Shown piece by piece: positions 25,002 through 37,604 of a stretch of DNA of 64,000 nt. The DNA is from Octopus vulgaris (lineage: Eukaryota). How positions within the stretch are numbered: the first letter of the stretch is position 1; every line of letters starts with the position of its first letter. Position numbers and translations under genes: made by a program. The stretch covers positions 169,694,001-169,758,000 of the forward strand of contig OX597817.1 in the NCBI GenBank assembly GCA_951406725.2, written 5' to 3'. The notes under the pieces were generated by a model. The model was not told where the DNA came from. It worked only from the letters and a program-made list of their open reading frames with translations, and did no database searches.

Positions 25002-25244
25002 CAATTCAAAACAATGTGAATAATAGAAATATTACATTTCTAAATATCTCAGTGAGATATAAGCAGTGGTGGTATGATAGAGTAGTTGTATACTGTCAAC
25101 TTAATGTGACAGTCCCATGAAGGGAACCACACCACCGCTATTTAGCCCTAGGAAGCATCAATGCTTCCTGTCGGCCTTGACACATTTCCGGTGTCCTTAT
25201 GTTTACAAGGGGGAGACAAGCACCCCCACCCAGCTAAGCCTGCA

Positions 25245-25286
25245 TCCAGAGACTAGTTTCTGTGTCTTGCTTGTCATCAGTCTGGA
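25245..25286 (-). ncRNA. Penelope-type minimal type I hammerhead ribozyme motif (stem II decayed)
   Basis: Minus strand reads TCCAGA-CTGATGA-caagcaagacaca-GAAA-CTAG-TC-TCTGGA: 6-bp stem I, intact core, palindromic stem III (ACTAGT), GUC cleavage triplet. Confidence 0.6.
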
Positions 25287-25804
25287 GTAGCATGGCTTGC
25301 TGGCTGCAGATGCTTGTTTAGGCCCCGTAAACATATAATAATTCTAGTGAAATAAATTAACATTATATTTGACAGAATAATCTCAACATTAAAGGATTAA
25401 AGTATAACATTTTCTTCTTTTCCCTACATTTTCTGCTTTCTCTTTCAGTTACTTATCTATCTACTTTAGATCCAGGTGTACTCCCTGCCATTACATCAAA
25501 TATTTCAATGACAAGGTGTTAGCTCTTTTCAAAGTTATTTCTTTAGAAACCAAATCTATAATCTCTTCTGTATATAGAGTGTATAACACCCACTCCAAGA
25601 AAAATTCTATGCTAATTTAATTTTTCAGAACTCACATTTCATGGCACACAAATTTATTTTATCATATGTGCATTTTTGCTGACAAAGACCATTACTAGAT
25701 TTATCAAACTCTATGTTTTTCCTTTAATTCTCTTATGCTAATCTCGAGATATTTGGTTTCTGAAGCCACACTAATGGTAATCCATCCATCCATCTAGAGA
25801 GTGG

Positions 25805-25806
<2 letters not shown>

Positions 25807-25839
<33 letters not shown>

Positions 25840-25883
25840 AAGAAGAGGAAGTGAGTGAATGTATGAGAGAATGTCATGAGAGG

Positions 25884-25919
<36 letters not shown>

Positions 25920-25963
25920 AAGAAGAGGAAGTGAGTGAATGTATGAGAGAATGTCATGAGAGG

Positions 25964-26004
<41 letters not shown>

Positions 26005-26048
26005 AAGAAGAGGAAGTGAGTGAATGTATGAGAGAATGTCATGAGAGG

Positions 26049-26084
<36 letters not shown>

Positions 26085-26126
26085 GAAGAGGAAGTGAGTG
26101 AATGTATGAGAGAATGTCATGAGAGG

Positions 26127-26158
<32 letters not shown>

Positions 26159-26205
26159 AGGAAGAAGAGGAAGTGAGTGAATGTATGAGAGAATGTCATG
26201 AGAGG

Positions 26206-26258
<53 letters not shown>

Positions 26259-26302
26259 AAGAAGAGGAAGTGAGTGAATGTATGAGAGAATGTCATGAGA
26301 GG

Positions 26303-26373
<71 letters not shown>

Positions 26374-26417
26374 AAGAAGAGGAAGTGAGTGAATGTATGA
26401 GAGAATGTCATGAGAGG

Positions 26418-26460
<43 letters not shown>
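25807..26460. repeat. Compound minisatellite: ~55 bp core plus variable (GA)n, 7 units
   Basis: Core GAAGAAGAGGAAGTGAGTGAATGTATGAGAGAATGTCATGAGAGGAAAACA repeated 7 times, separated by (GA)n tracts of differing length. Confidence 0.95.
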
Positions 26461-26461
<1 letters not shown>

Positions 26462-26552
26462 TTACATTGTTAATCTACATGATTTGGAAATCAATTATAT
26501 GATAGAATTCAAATGTATAAAAATTTCCATGACTAATTATTTCATTATATAC

Positions 26553-26750
26553 ATCAGATAATTCAACAACATAAGAAATCAAGAAATGTGTTTCAGACTT
26601 GGATTCAGCAACACTCCCATTGAATTTACAAAAGCACAGTGAGAAACCTTCCTGGCCTTTATGAGTAGCATTAACATAGAAATGTTTAATTATGGTTTTG
26701 TTTTCTCCTGCTTTTATGGATACATTTTTATATTTCAAGTCTAAAATTTG
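26553..26750 (-). CDS. Candidate coding exon (phase 0 to 0: QILDLKYKNVSIKAGENKTIIKHFYVNATHKGQEGFSLCFCKFNGSVAESKSETHFLISYVVELSD)
   Basis: Lies inside non-repeat ORF 26475-26939. Acceptor catgtcttgtcag, donor GAT|GTATAT (weak), 198 nt, four N-glycosylation sequons. An alternative acceptor would start the exon at 26740. Confidence 0.6.
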
Positions 26751-27389
26751 CTGACAAGACATGTGCTCTTTATTTTTAAATGTACCAAAAAATTGTTCCA
26801 TATTTAATGTGGCTGTATTATGGATGGGAGAGTGAATGGTGCAGGCTGAGGAGATGGATGAACTTAAGTCCACAAAGACTATTACTAATAGTGGTTTCAA
26901 ATTTTTGCACAAGGCCGGCAAGTTCTGGGGAGGGGGCAAGTTGAATACATCAACCCCCAGTACTCAACTGGTACTTATTCTATCAACCTTGAAAGTATGA
27001 AAGGCAAAGTTGACCTTGGCAGAATTTGAACTCAGAACATAAAGATAGACAAAATGCCACTAAGCGTTTTGCCTGGCGTGCTAATGATTCTGCTAGCTCG
27101 CTGCCTTAAGATTATTACTAATAATAAAACATTGACAACAAAACCAAAATATCACAGTCTGATAGCACAAATTTACGTAAAATTGGGTTGTTTACTGAAC
27201 ATCAGTAGCCATATATAACCAATACCTGATATATGTGTTACATAATTTAATGACTGCGTTACCTTTAAGAAAAAGTTTTAATTATCTCCATGAAAAAATT
27301 CTCCTAGAGAGATGAAAAGAATTACTAACAAACTTTCATCTGCTTGTCAGCTATTTGCAATGAATGAGTGATAAAATAAAAAAACCCAC

Positions 27390-27511
27390 AGCAGTGGCAT
27401 GCCAGCCTGATGGCCAATTGTGGCTGCATAAAACATCATAGCCAGAAATATGAGTTTTATATCTTGTATGGCAATTCTCTGGGCCAAAATAAAAGCAACT
27501 ATATTGTTGAG
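27390..27511 (-). CDS. Candidate coding exon (phase 1 to 0: xQQYSCFYFGPENCHTRYKTHISGYDVLCSHNWPSGWHATA)
   Basis: Strong acceptor ttctgtcttttttcag, donor GCT|GTGGGT, 122 nt, phases match both neighbours. Confidence 0.6.
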
Positions 27512-28104
27512 CTGAAAAAAGACAGAACTGAAATGTGGTATACCTAAAATGTAGTTTATTTGTGATAAATCTATAATTTCATACTTTATTCCACTATACT
27601 GTCATAATATTGTATTTAGATGCACAGTATCACATATTTTCCTCGACGAATCCAACTTAAAATATCTTTCAATCTGCATATGATGAAACATATTAAATTT
27701 TTTTTTCCACAAAATATACTTGGAAAATAGGGATGCATCTCATGTTAGAGTAAATTTTATATGCTAGTAAATACAATGATTGATTTTACAGTTGGGTTCC
27801 TTTTTTACTGCTAAGCAAGTCAACTGTGAAGTAAGGGTGAGTGGAACCTGTTATAGTTTTCCATCAAGTCAACTGAAATGGACATTATTATATGCATAAC
27901 TCATGAGTGCAACCTTAGAGCCTTAATTAAGATTTGAGCTTATGCAACTCAGCACTTAAACTTTGAACCATAATGCCACAAGCTAATGAAGGAGCCTCTA
28001 TGTAGTTTCTCAGTCTACTAGAAATAGAAGCCAAATTTCTCTCAAACCACAATGTACTATCTTTAAAAAAAAAACAGGACATATTGGATAATGTGGTCCT
28101 AAAT

Positions 28105-28410
28105 ACTTGTATGCTTCCTGCTCTTGCTTGATGGGACAGGGGTTCGTCTCACAGAGGTATCATCATGCAGAGAGCTGACCCACTCCACCAGTGCTCCCCA
28201 TCACAGGTAGTTCCATGCCAGCCTGTCTGCATCCTCCAGGATGATGTCAAGCCTCTGAAGATCTTCCTTAACCATGTCCAACCATCTGCTGTGGGACCTG
28301 CCATGAAGCCTCTTCCAGCCCTCAGCAGCTGCATTGAATGAGAGTAAAATCCAAATAGGATGATCTAAGGAAGGTGGAGGACATGTCCACACCAGCACAT
28401 GTGCCAAGTA
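28105..28410 (-). pseudogene. Decayed RTE-like LINE 3' fragment
   Basis: Translation HGRSHSRWLDMVKEDLQRLDI..DADRLAWN resembles the RTE C-terminal GRPxxRWxDxVxxDL motif. Confidence 0.55.
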
Positions 28411-29739
28411 GGTATGTGGTAGGAGGTTGCAGGTTGGTCATAGTTGGAATACATTTGGACATTGGTCTACTTAATCAAAGCCAACTTGGATTTAAACAAC
28501 AGGGACAACATTATGTTTTGATTTAGAGCATCTGTCTTACAAATGAAAACAGATTGTAATGAATCAAAACAGATTTGCTAGCTGTAAAGAGGTAGATTTT
28601 CTCAACATCATCTCAGAATACAAATATACATAGAGTGGCAGTGTGGTTAAGAGAACAGACAACTGATCAGATGGATATCATTTCAGATCTTACTACAGTT
28701 GCTCTGTTGTACATCTGAAAAAAGAAAAAAGCACCTGACTGTTCATGCTTGTGCTTACATTACTGACATAACTGAATGTCAGTGGTTGGAGAAACCTCAC
28801 CCAAGTATACCCACAATAAGTAAATCATCACAACTATAAAAACAGAATGAAGGAGCAGCCTGTTATGTATGTGTTTGTGTGCATACATATGCATGTGCAT
28901 CTACAAGACATCAAATTAGCAAAGTTGTTAAAGTGACAAATATGATGTCTTACAACATTTGTTCTGGTTATTCCACCTGGTCAACTTTGCTTTATCTTTT
29001 TGGGGTTGATAAATAAAATGCTAATTCACAGATTGGTGGAACATTAAAACATAAGAAAAGATGCCTAGCATTTGCTTCGTCTCTTCTTAGTTCAAATAAT
29101 GCCTTCTGTCAACCTTTGCCCAAAAAAATGGGAGTTTTCAGATCCAGTTAAAAACAGTGATAATCTTAAGAAGCACTAAGAAAAGTGTTCAAGTATTTCA
29201 AGCACTTGCCTGCAATGCAAGCATATCAGCTGGTATGAGAAGCTTTAAAAAAAGAAAAAAAAAAAAACAGAAAGAAGATATATGTTTATATCAATATCAA
29301 GCAATTTGATCAACCCAGCAATCACATTTGACTCTGGCTACACTGGGGAATTACCTTCAAGGATTTACTCATTCATATTGAATATGCTTAGCACAAGCTG
29401 CCTCATGAGACATCAAGATGTTTTGGTTCCCTCTCACCTCATCAGCTACTGTTAAAATAAGAAACAATTTCTCATCCAGCCACATGATTCATAGCTGTAG
29501 CATATTACTATCATTTTTACATTCCCTTTTCCATGCTGGCATGCATTAAACGAGGACTTTTGAGTGGAATTTTATAAACAGGTAATTTTCCTGATGCAAC
29601 CCTTTTAGTCACATCTTACAACATACAAGAATACCAATTCTAAAAAGCACATTTTTACATATCTGTATATAAGCATATGTATGTATGTATGTATGCATTG
29701 TGGTATTACATGCGTGTGTGTGTGTGTATATATATATAT

Positions 29740-29971
29740 ATTTCTTTACTACCCACAAGGGGCTAAACACAGAGGAAACAAACAAGGACAGACAAAGGGA
29801 TTTAGTCAATTACATCGACCCCAGTGCGTAACTGGTACTTAATTTATCGACCCCGAAAGGATGAAAGGCAAAGTCGACCACGGCGGAATTTGAACTCAGA
29901 ACGTAACGACAGACGAAATACGGCTACGCATTTCGCCCGGCGTGCTAACGTTTCTGCCAGCTCGCCGCCTT
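29740..29971 (-). mobile_element. SINE family A
   Basis: Reverse complement of 140-377. Confidence 0.9.
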
Positions 29972-30565
29972 GTATATATATATATATATATCATTATCAT
30001 CATCATCATCATCGTTTAACGTCCGTTCTAAACGATGATGATGATGATGATGATGATGATATATATATATACACACACACACACACATGCATGTAATACC
30101 ACAATACATACATACATACATATGCTTATATACAAATATGTAAAAAACACACATATACATTTTAATTGAAGTGCACAGTATCATACATCCATTATGTCCA
30201 ATCTTCACAATCAGTTTCGCACTGATGGTTCAACAGATATTATATAACAGCCTTATTATGTAAACCTAGGCTCTTCAGAGTTCAGTTACGGAAAAAAAAT
30301 ATGGCAACCGCTCTTTTTTCTCTTCCATAACTGCCAACTCTGAAGAGGTTACAAAATCAGGTTGTTATTTAGCATCCTATTAAATCCCCAGTGGGAACAG
30401 ATGGAAAAATTGGATGTAATGGGTATATGTTACTATACATTTCAATTAGTATACCCACTCTATTGACAAATATATGAGTGCATAAATTTTTTGACTGATG
30501 GATTCTTAGATTGCATATGTGTGTGTGAGTGTGTATAATATATATATATATGTGATATATATATA

Positions 30566-30608
<43 letters not shown>

Positions 30609-31286
30609 ATATATATATATATATGCATATATATATATATACATATATATACATATATATATAAACATATGTATGTATATATATTTGTATATGTATATAT
30701 ATGTGTGTGTGTAAATGTATGCTTGTGTGTATGTGTACACATACGAAAAATACTTAAGTAAAAAAGGATGTTTACAAAACAGAAGTTATAATTTTTTACT
30801 GTTCAACCATCATTATATCAACCACTGAAATGCGTGGGAACTCAAATACATATTTGCTTAGTCTATGATTCTAATTGAATGAACTAGAATGTTCAATAAT
30901 GTACATATAAATAGAACCCGAAAAACCTAGGGAACTTAATTTTGATAAATGGAAAAACGAAACTGAAGTAACTCCATATGAAATCTCAGTTTCATGAATA
31001 AAAATTATGTGAACTCAACATGATGTTCAGAATACTGTTATCTCCTCACTTATTAGTTCAAATATACCCCTTCCTACTTATTCCAACTTATGTTTTATGT
31101 GTGTGTGTGTGTGTGTGTATGTATATATACACACATCTATACACATGTGTGTGTATGTATATATGTATACACACACTTATTTATACATATACATATACAC
31201 ATTTATATATATATATCGTTGCTATTATGCAAAAGTGTTGTAAGTCCAAAACATTGCTTTTCCAGAAAATGAAAAAATAGTTTCAC

Positions 31287-31380
31287 CATTCCATAGCAAA
31301 ACCGTTGTACTACACTTTGACAATTTTTGATATCTTGGCAATCTAAAGCAGCTGGAGATACAATTATTTGGCCAAAAGAA
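31287..31380 (-). CDS. Candidate coding exon (phase 0 to 1: FFWPNNCISSCFRLPRYQKLSKCSTTVLLWN)
   Basis: Acceptor ttatttttgcttgcaattgtcag, donor ATG|GTGAAA, 94 nt. Bridges the phase-0 end at 61060 to the phase-1 start at 27511. A second frame is also open. Confidence 0.5.
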
Positions 31381-31499
31381 CTGACAATTGCAAGCAAAAA
31401 TAAATATTGGAAAAAACAAATTTGGACATACAACAGTTTAACATCATAGCAACGACATGTATACAATAAATTCTAAATTTATAGTGGTACTTATTGTTA

Positions 31500-32430
31500 A
31501 CTCTTATTTTGCTAACAGCATCCTAGCCCATGGCTTGAATGGCTCTCATTAGCCTTTCATCTACTCCTAGCTTTTGCAGTGACCACCAGATAAAGGATTG
31601 ATGTATCTCATCAAAGGAATTCTCCAAGTCAACATATATGCCAAGTACAGTGCTTTACTTTTTGCTAAATGCCTCTCTTGTACTTTGTGAACCATAAGAA
31701 GAGCATCAGTAGCGCTTCTCTCTGTTATGAAACCAAACTGCATCTCATCTAGGTTAACTCTTTTTCTAATTAACTAGGCTATGGACTCTTTCAGTGACTT
31801 TCATAACCTGGTCCAGTAATTTGACAGCTCTGTAATTACCTCTTTCTGGGGGAAGCACTCCATCGGTTATGACGACGAGGGTTCCGGTTGATCCGATCAA
31901 CGGAACAGCCTGCTCGTGAAATTAACATGTAAGTGGCTGAGCACTCCACAGACACGTGCACCCTTAACGTAGTTCTTGGGGATATTCAGCGTGACACAGA
32001 GAGTGACAAGGCCGGCCCCTTGAAATACAGGTACAACAGAAACAGGAAGTAAGAGTGAGAGAAAGAGTGGTGAAAGAGTACAGCAGGGATCACCACCATC
32101 CCCTGCCGGAGCCTCGTGGAGCTTTTTAGGTGTTTTCGCTCAATAAACACTCACAACGCCCGGTCTGGGAATCGAAACCGTGATCCTATGACCGCGAGTC
32201 CGCTGCCCTAACCACTGGGCCATTGCGCCTCCACACCTCTTTCTAAGGCATCTCCTTTACCCTAACCCTTGTACCCCAATCATTGGGAATGATGCCTTCC
32301 TGTACAACCTGATTAACTGTATGACTGACTAGGCCATAGCCTATGCTGCCAGATATTTTAAGCATTCCAGAGATAATTCCGGATGGATCAGGAGCTTTCC
32401 CAATCTCCATTTTTCTTAATTACTTTATCT
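31500..32430 (-). pseudogene. Decayed RTE-like reverse transcriptase fragment, split by a SINE
   Basis: Minus-strand pieces GKAPDPSGI, NYRAVKLLDQVMKVTER, YVDLENSFD, with stops and frameshifts. Confidence 0.7.
31851..32233 (-). mobile_element. SINE family C
   Basis: Near-identical to the 15048 copy, TSD ACCTCTTTCT. Confidence 0.9.
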
Positions 32431-32630
32431 ATATATGAAATAAAATGGAATTCAAAAATACTGGTGAAAGTCTGTTGGAGCAAAACTTGGATTATTTAGA
32501 AAAATTGAGAAGAAAAATAAAGTGAAATTGGGGTGGAGAGTGGAAGCTCCATCATTTCAGGCAGAAACTTTCATCAGAGAAAAGCTTACATGAAAGTGCT
32601 GCTTTTGTTAATTTTTCTATACATATGTAT

Positions 32631-33040
32631 AGGCGCAGGAGTGGCTGTGTGGTAAGTAGCTTGCTAACCAACCACATGGTTCCGGGTTCAGTCCCACTGC
32701 ATGGCACCTTGGGCAAGTGTCTTCTGCTATAGCCCCGGGCCGACCAATGCCTTGTGAGTGGATTTAGTAGACGGAAACTGAAAGAAGCCTGTCGTATATA
32801 TGTATATATATATATATATGCGTGCGTGTGTGTGTTTGTGTGTCTGTGTTTGTCCCCCTAGCATTGCTTGACAACCGATGCTGGTGTGTTTACGTCTCCG
32901 TCACTTAGCGGTTCGGCAAAAGAGACCGATATAATAAGTACTGGGCTTAGAAAGAATAAGTCCCGGGGTCAATTTGCTCGACTAAAGGTGGTGCTCCAGC
33001 ATAGCTGCAGTCAAATGACTGAAACAAGTAAAAAAAGAAA
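32631..33040 (+). mobile_element. SINE family B
   Basis: Full-length match to 19432-19840. Confidence 0.9.
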
Positions 33041-33264
33041 AAATGTATTTATTCATTGTGCAGGTCTGAATGTTCCATAACATTCTCTGCTGCCAGCTTG
33101 TACAGATATTGATAATGATCGGCTGAAATATGTATGGTCAAGCTTAAGGTCTTCCCAAGCCTATCACCAATTTCACTAGTGAAAGGAGGTCAGGTTTGAA
33201 TTCAGGGCCAAAACAAATAGCACAAGGCATACTATCTGATACCATTACAAAATTAATGGATTTA

Positions 33265-33660
33265 AAGGCAGCAAGCTGGCAGAAACATTAGCACGCCAAG
33301 CAAAATGCTTGGCGGTATTTTGTCTGTCTTTACGTTGTGAGTTCAAATTCCTCCGAGGTCGACTTTGCCTTTCATCCTTTCGGGGTCGATAAATTAAGTA
33401 CCAGTTACGCACTGGGGTCGATGTAATCGACTTAATACCTATGTCTGTCCTTGTTTGTCCCCTCTGTGTTTAGCCCCTTGTGGGTAATAAAGAAATAGGT
33501 ATTTTGTTTGTCTTTACGTTCTGAGTTCAAATTCTGCCAAAGTTGACTTTGCTTTTCATCCTTTTGGGGTCAATAAATTAAGTTACATACCAGGGTCGAT
33601 CTTATCGACTGGCCCCTTCCCCACAAATTTTGGGCCTTGTACCTAGAGAAGAAAAGAATA
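33265..33660 (+). mobile_element. SINE family A (with duplicated or nested segment)
   Basis: Same head and central domain as 140-377, with a second central domain at about 33500-33600. Confidence 0.8.
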
Positions 33661-34009
33661 TATCACCACCATTAAGTATCTTCTTTTTCTTGCTTGCAGG
33701 GAGCAGTGAGAATTTATTGAAGTAGACTTTCTACAGCCAGATGCTCTTACTGTTGCCAACTCTCACCAGTTTCCAAGCTAGGGGATATTTCTCCATACCC
33801 AGATAAGTTTTTCACAGAAGAGTGGAAACAAACAACCTTACTTGTATGATGATGATGAAGATGCTCATCTAGAAACCATCATGTGATGTCTAGATCACCC
33901 ACACAAATATATATACATATATATGTATATACACACAAACACAAACACATGTAAATTTATATATATATCTATATACATACATATATATATATAATCAGGA
34001 TCAGAATGG

Positions 34010-34389
34010 AAATCGATCAATGGAAATTGCAGATGTGTTACCAGTGCCGGTGGCATGTAAGAGAACCTTCCGTTTCGCGACCGTTGCCAGCACCACCCTG
34101 TTTTGTGTCCGTTCCCAGCCCCGCCTGGCCCTTGTGCCGGTGGCACATAAAAAGCACCATCCGTTCGTGGCCGTTTGCCAGCTCTGTCTGGCACCTGTGC
34201 GGGTGGCACGTAAAAAGCACCCACTACACTCACAGAGAGGTTGGCGTTAGGAAGGGCATCCAGCCGTACAAACACTGCCAGATCTGACTGGGCCTGATGA
34301 AGCCTTCTGGCTTCACAGACCCCAGTAGAACCGTCCAACCCATGCTAGCATGGAAAACGGATGCTAAACGACGATGATGATGATGATGA
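34010..34389 (+). mobile_element. Retroposon family D
   Basis: Subrepeats, GGCGTTAGGAAGGGCATCCAG, (GAT)n tail. Confidence 0.85.
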
Positions 34390-34486
34390 TATATATATAA
34401 ATTGAGATAGGGGTTGTAAATGCAACCCTCCATGGGATAACATATATCCAATATACTGCTAGTGAAGTACCCAACAAAGTTAATAC

Positions 34487-34580
<94 letters not shown>

Positions 34581-35581
34581 ATATGACAGTCTTCTTTCAA
34601 TTTCTGCCTACCAAATCCACTCACAAGGCTTTGGTTAACCTAGAACTATAGCAGAAAACGTGTACCTAAGAGGCTGTGTAGCAGTACTGAACCCAAGACC
34701 ACAGTGTTTGAAAGCAAGTTGCTTAACCACACACACACACACACACACACTACAGGAGTAGAAAGGCAGATAAACACTGGTAAGCATGAGATATATATTT
34801 ACATGGAGAACAAATTACAGATTTCAGAATAAAGAAAACAAAACTGAGGAATTATGTAAAGTCTTATTTTGACAGCTGTTTCGGAACAGCCATGATTTAT
34901 ATAATAAACAATTCATATGAAATATTTGCATGATATCATATGTGTATGTCAGACTATAAGTTCTGATGAAATTGTTAAAGTTTGGTGTCTCTCCTCAAGA
35001 GCAAGGTAACACACACACACACACACACACACTCACACAGATAAATAGATAGATATGTATGTGTGTAAGTATGATTGTATATGTGTGTGCAAACATGTAG
35101 GTGTATTGTGTGTATGTATATATGCATATATAAATCATCATCATCATCATCATCATCATTTAGCGTCCGTTTTCTATGCTAGCATGGGTTGGACGGTTCA
35201 ACTGGGGTCTGTGAAGCCGGAAGGCTGCATCAGGCCCAGTCAGATCTGGCAGTGTTTCTACGGCTGGATGCCCTTCCTAACGCCAAATATACATATATAT
35301 CATCACCAGCACCATCCTGTTTTTATCTTTGTAATTGTATGTTGAGATGAGTTGAATGGGTCTTTTCCCACACAACACCATCCACCTCATGCCATCCTTC
35401 ATTATTCCTTTCATAAAGTTCAGTATCCTATGACTAATCTTCACTACTTCTTCTTTCGTCATCAGTAGGCTTCTATTTCAATCACTTAGTCCATCAATCC
35501 CTTTCAAAATGTGACCTCGTGTGTACCGTTAGCGATTTTTTTCCCTCTGTCTTCCCTTCTCTGGATCTTTCCTTCTCCTAT

Positions 35582-35616
35582 GTTTCCGACGAAGAGCTCC
35601 GCTCGAAATGTTAAAC
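35582..35616 (+). ncRNA. Minimal hammerhead-like motif in a Penelope-like pLTR fragment (about 35520-35712)
   Basis: GTTT-CCGACGA-A-GAGC(tcc)GCTC-GAAA-tg-TT-AAAC. Core variant U4C, and the stem III palindrome ACGT is mutated to ATGT. Confidence 0.5.
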
Positions 35617-35709
35617 CCTCCTTCTTCCCTTCCTTCCTGAGCATCCAATAATACTATATTTGTTCCACGTCCACGCGTTGTGTTTTTTTGTGTTTTCTTG
35701 TTTGGATTA

Positions 35710-35767
<58 letters not shown>

Positions 35768-35770
<3 letters not shown>

Positions 35771-36502
35771 TCATCATCATCATCATCGTTTAACGTCCGT
35801 TCTCCATGCTAGCATGGGTTGGACGGTTCGACCGGGGATCTGGGAAGCCAGAAGGCTGCACCAGGCTCCAGTCTTATCTGGCAGTGTTTCTACAGCTGGA
35901 TGCCCTTCCTAACGCCAACCACTCCGTGAGTGTAGTGGGTGCTTTTTACGTGCCACCTGCACAGGTGCCAGGCGAGGCTGGCAACGGCCACGGTCGGATT
36001 GGTGTATTTTATGTGCCACCGGCACGGAAGCCAGACGAGGCGGTGCTGGCATCGGCCACGAGTCGGATGGTGCTTTTTACGTACCACCAGACCAGGGATC
36101 CTGGCTGGTTCAATTCGATTTCACTTGCCCCAACATGTCTTCGCAAGCAAGGGGTTGGCATGGGTGCCTGTTGTACGGTCCGATTGGTGTATTTTACGTG
36201 CCACCGGCACGGAAGCCAGTGGAGGCGGCCATGGCATCGGCCACGAGTCGGATAGTGCTTTTTACGTGCCACCAGACCAGGGAACCTGGCTGGTTCGATT
36301 CGATTTCGTTTGCCCCAACATGTCTTCGCAAGCAAGGGGGTTGGCATGGGTGCCTGTCGTACGGTCAGATTGGTGTATTTTACGTGCCACCGGCACAGAA
36401 GCCAGTGGAGGCGGCGCTGGCATCGGCCACGAGTTGGATAGTGCTTTTTACGTACCACCAGACCAGGGATCCTGGCTGGTTCAATTCGATTTTGACTTTG
36501 AT
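35768..36502 (-). mobile_element. Retroposon family D with a ~190 bp higher-order tandem duplication
   Basis: (CAT)n tail. Block ...CCACCAGACCAGGGA(T/A)CCTGGCTGGTTC... occurs 3 times. Confidence 0.85.
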
Positions 36503-36524
36503 TATATATATATATATAGTATTA

Positions 36525-37095
36525 ATAGTAAGAGATGGATTTCATATTAGACTTTCAAGTGCTACTGGTAACATGTAATCCAGTACAACCTGTTGCATGA
36601 TTGGGTCGTCGGTGACTAAACCGGCAACCCCACAAAGCTTGCTTGGTGAGGAGGGTGTTTACTGGACACCCTGCGGGATGAAAAACAAAACCTGTTAAAG
36701 GGCAGAGGAACTCTTGAGAGTCAACGGCCATCCAATAAATGTCTTACGGTTGTATCATGCACAGGGACATAGAAATAATCAGACTGTATACCCGATCGCG
36801 CGGTTAAGCTATTTGGAGTGAAGGACTCCTAGACTTTGTTAGGGTATCCTTCAAGGAGAAGGTAACTCAGGTAACTGGGATAACTCCGACATAAAACCTG
36901 CGGCTCAGTGGTTACCGATGATTTTGACTTGCTCTTCTTTTCGGATTATGGCTGATGTTGCTTAGTGAGTGGGATTGACTCAGTGCACAGCCTTTCCTCA
37001 CTTTAAAAAAAAATCTTCTTGCACAGGCATTGCATGATAACAACATTGACTAAGCTTCGTGCAATGGCCATATTCGATAACAAGGGGAGCAGCCA

Positions 37096-37099
<4 letters not shown>
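36525..37099. mobile_element. Unclassified GC-richer element between (TA)n tracts (possible LINE 5'UTR derivative)
   Basis: Sharp compositional boundaries, (TA)n on both sides, RTE-5'UTR-like GGAGAAGGTAACTC...AAACCTGC, no long ORF. Confidence 0.4.
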
Positions 37100-37137
<38 letters not shown>

Positions 37138-37604
37138 CATCATCATCATACACACACACACATACCTACGAAGTGGTGTTTCTGTATGCACGCGTTTGTT
37201 ATACCTGATCTCGTTTACCTATCATATGACAAGCATATATCTCACTACACTTCGAGCCTAAAGATGTGCTGAGCACTTTTATGCTTCCAGACTAAAACAA
37301 AACAAAACAAAAGAGACAGACAGATAAATATAATAAAGAGACTCTACACATATGTATTAAACATAGCTTTGTAAACATAAAGCTGAAATAAAAAACCCAA
37401 AGAATAGACTGACAAGACTTCATGTCACAGTAAATTTATATTCATACTTCTCTCAAGTTAATTACAAAAATGCATTTGTTCACTTCTATAGTTTGTTGTC
37501 TGTTTCAATAGTAAGTCATCATCCACTTAACTCAAAACAAAGTCACATTTGCTTTGCTTATAGTGAACATAATAAAATATTAGATGTTAATTAGATATAT
37601 ATCT

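Noticed and set aside
25636-25678. Minus-strand exon candidate QKCTYDKINLCAMK (phase 0 to 1, donor GTGAGT), with a possible phase 1 to 0 partner near 15686-15595
   Set aside because: Including it needs a second uncertain exon to keep frame. The model is already in frame without it.
25807-26460. CRISPR-like repeat-spacer appearance
   Set aside because: Spacers are (GA)n microsatellite, the context is eukaryotic, and there are no cas genes.
28694-28714. 21-nt minus-strand microexon (ttttttcag|ATGTACAACAGAGCAACTGTA|gtaaga), phase-compatible between the 31287 and 27511 exons
   Set aside because: Good splice sites, but it overlaps what looks like a decayed SINE head. Left out of the model pending RNA evidence.
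29355-29448. Minus-strand segment with good acceptor and GTAATT donor
   Set aside because: All three frames contain stops.
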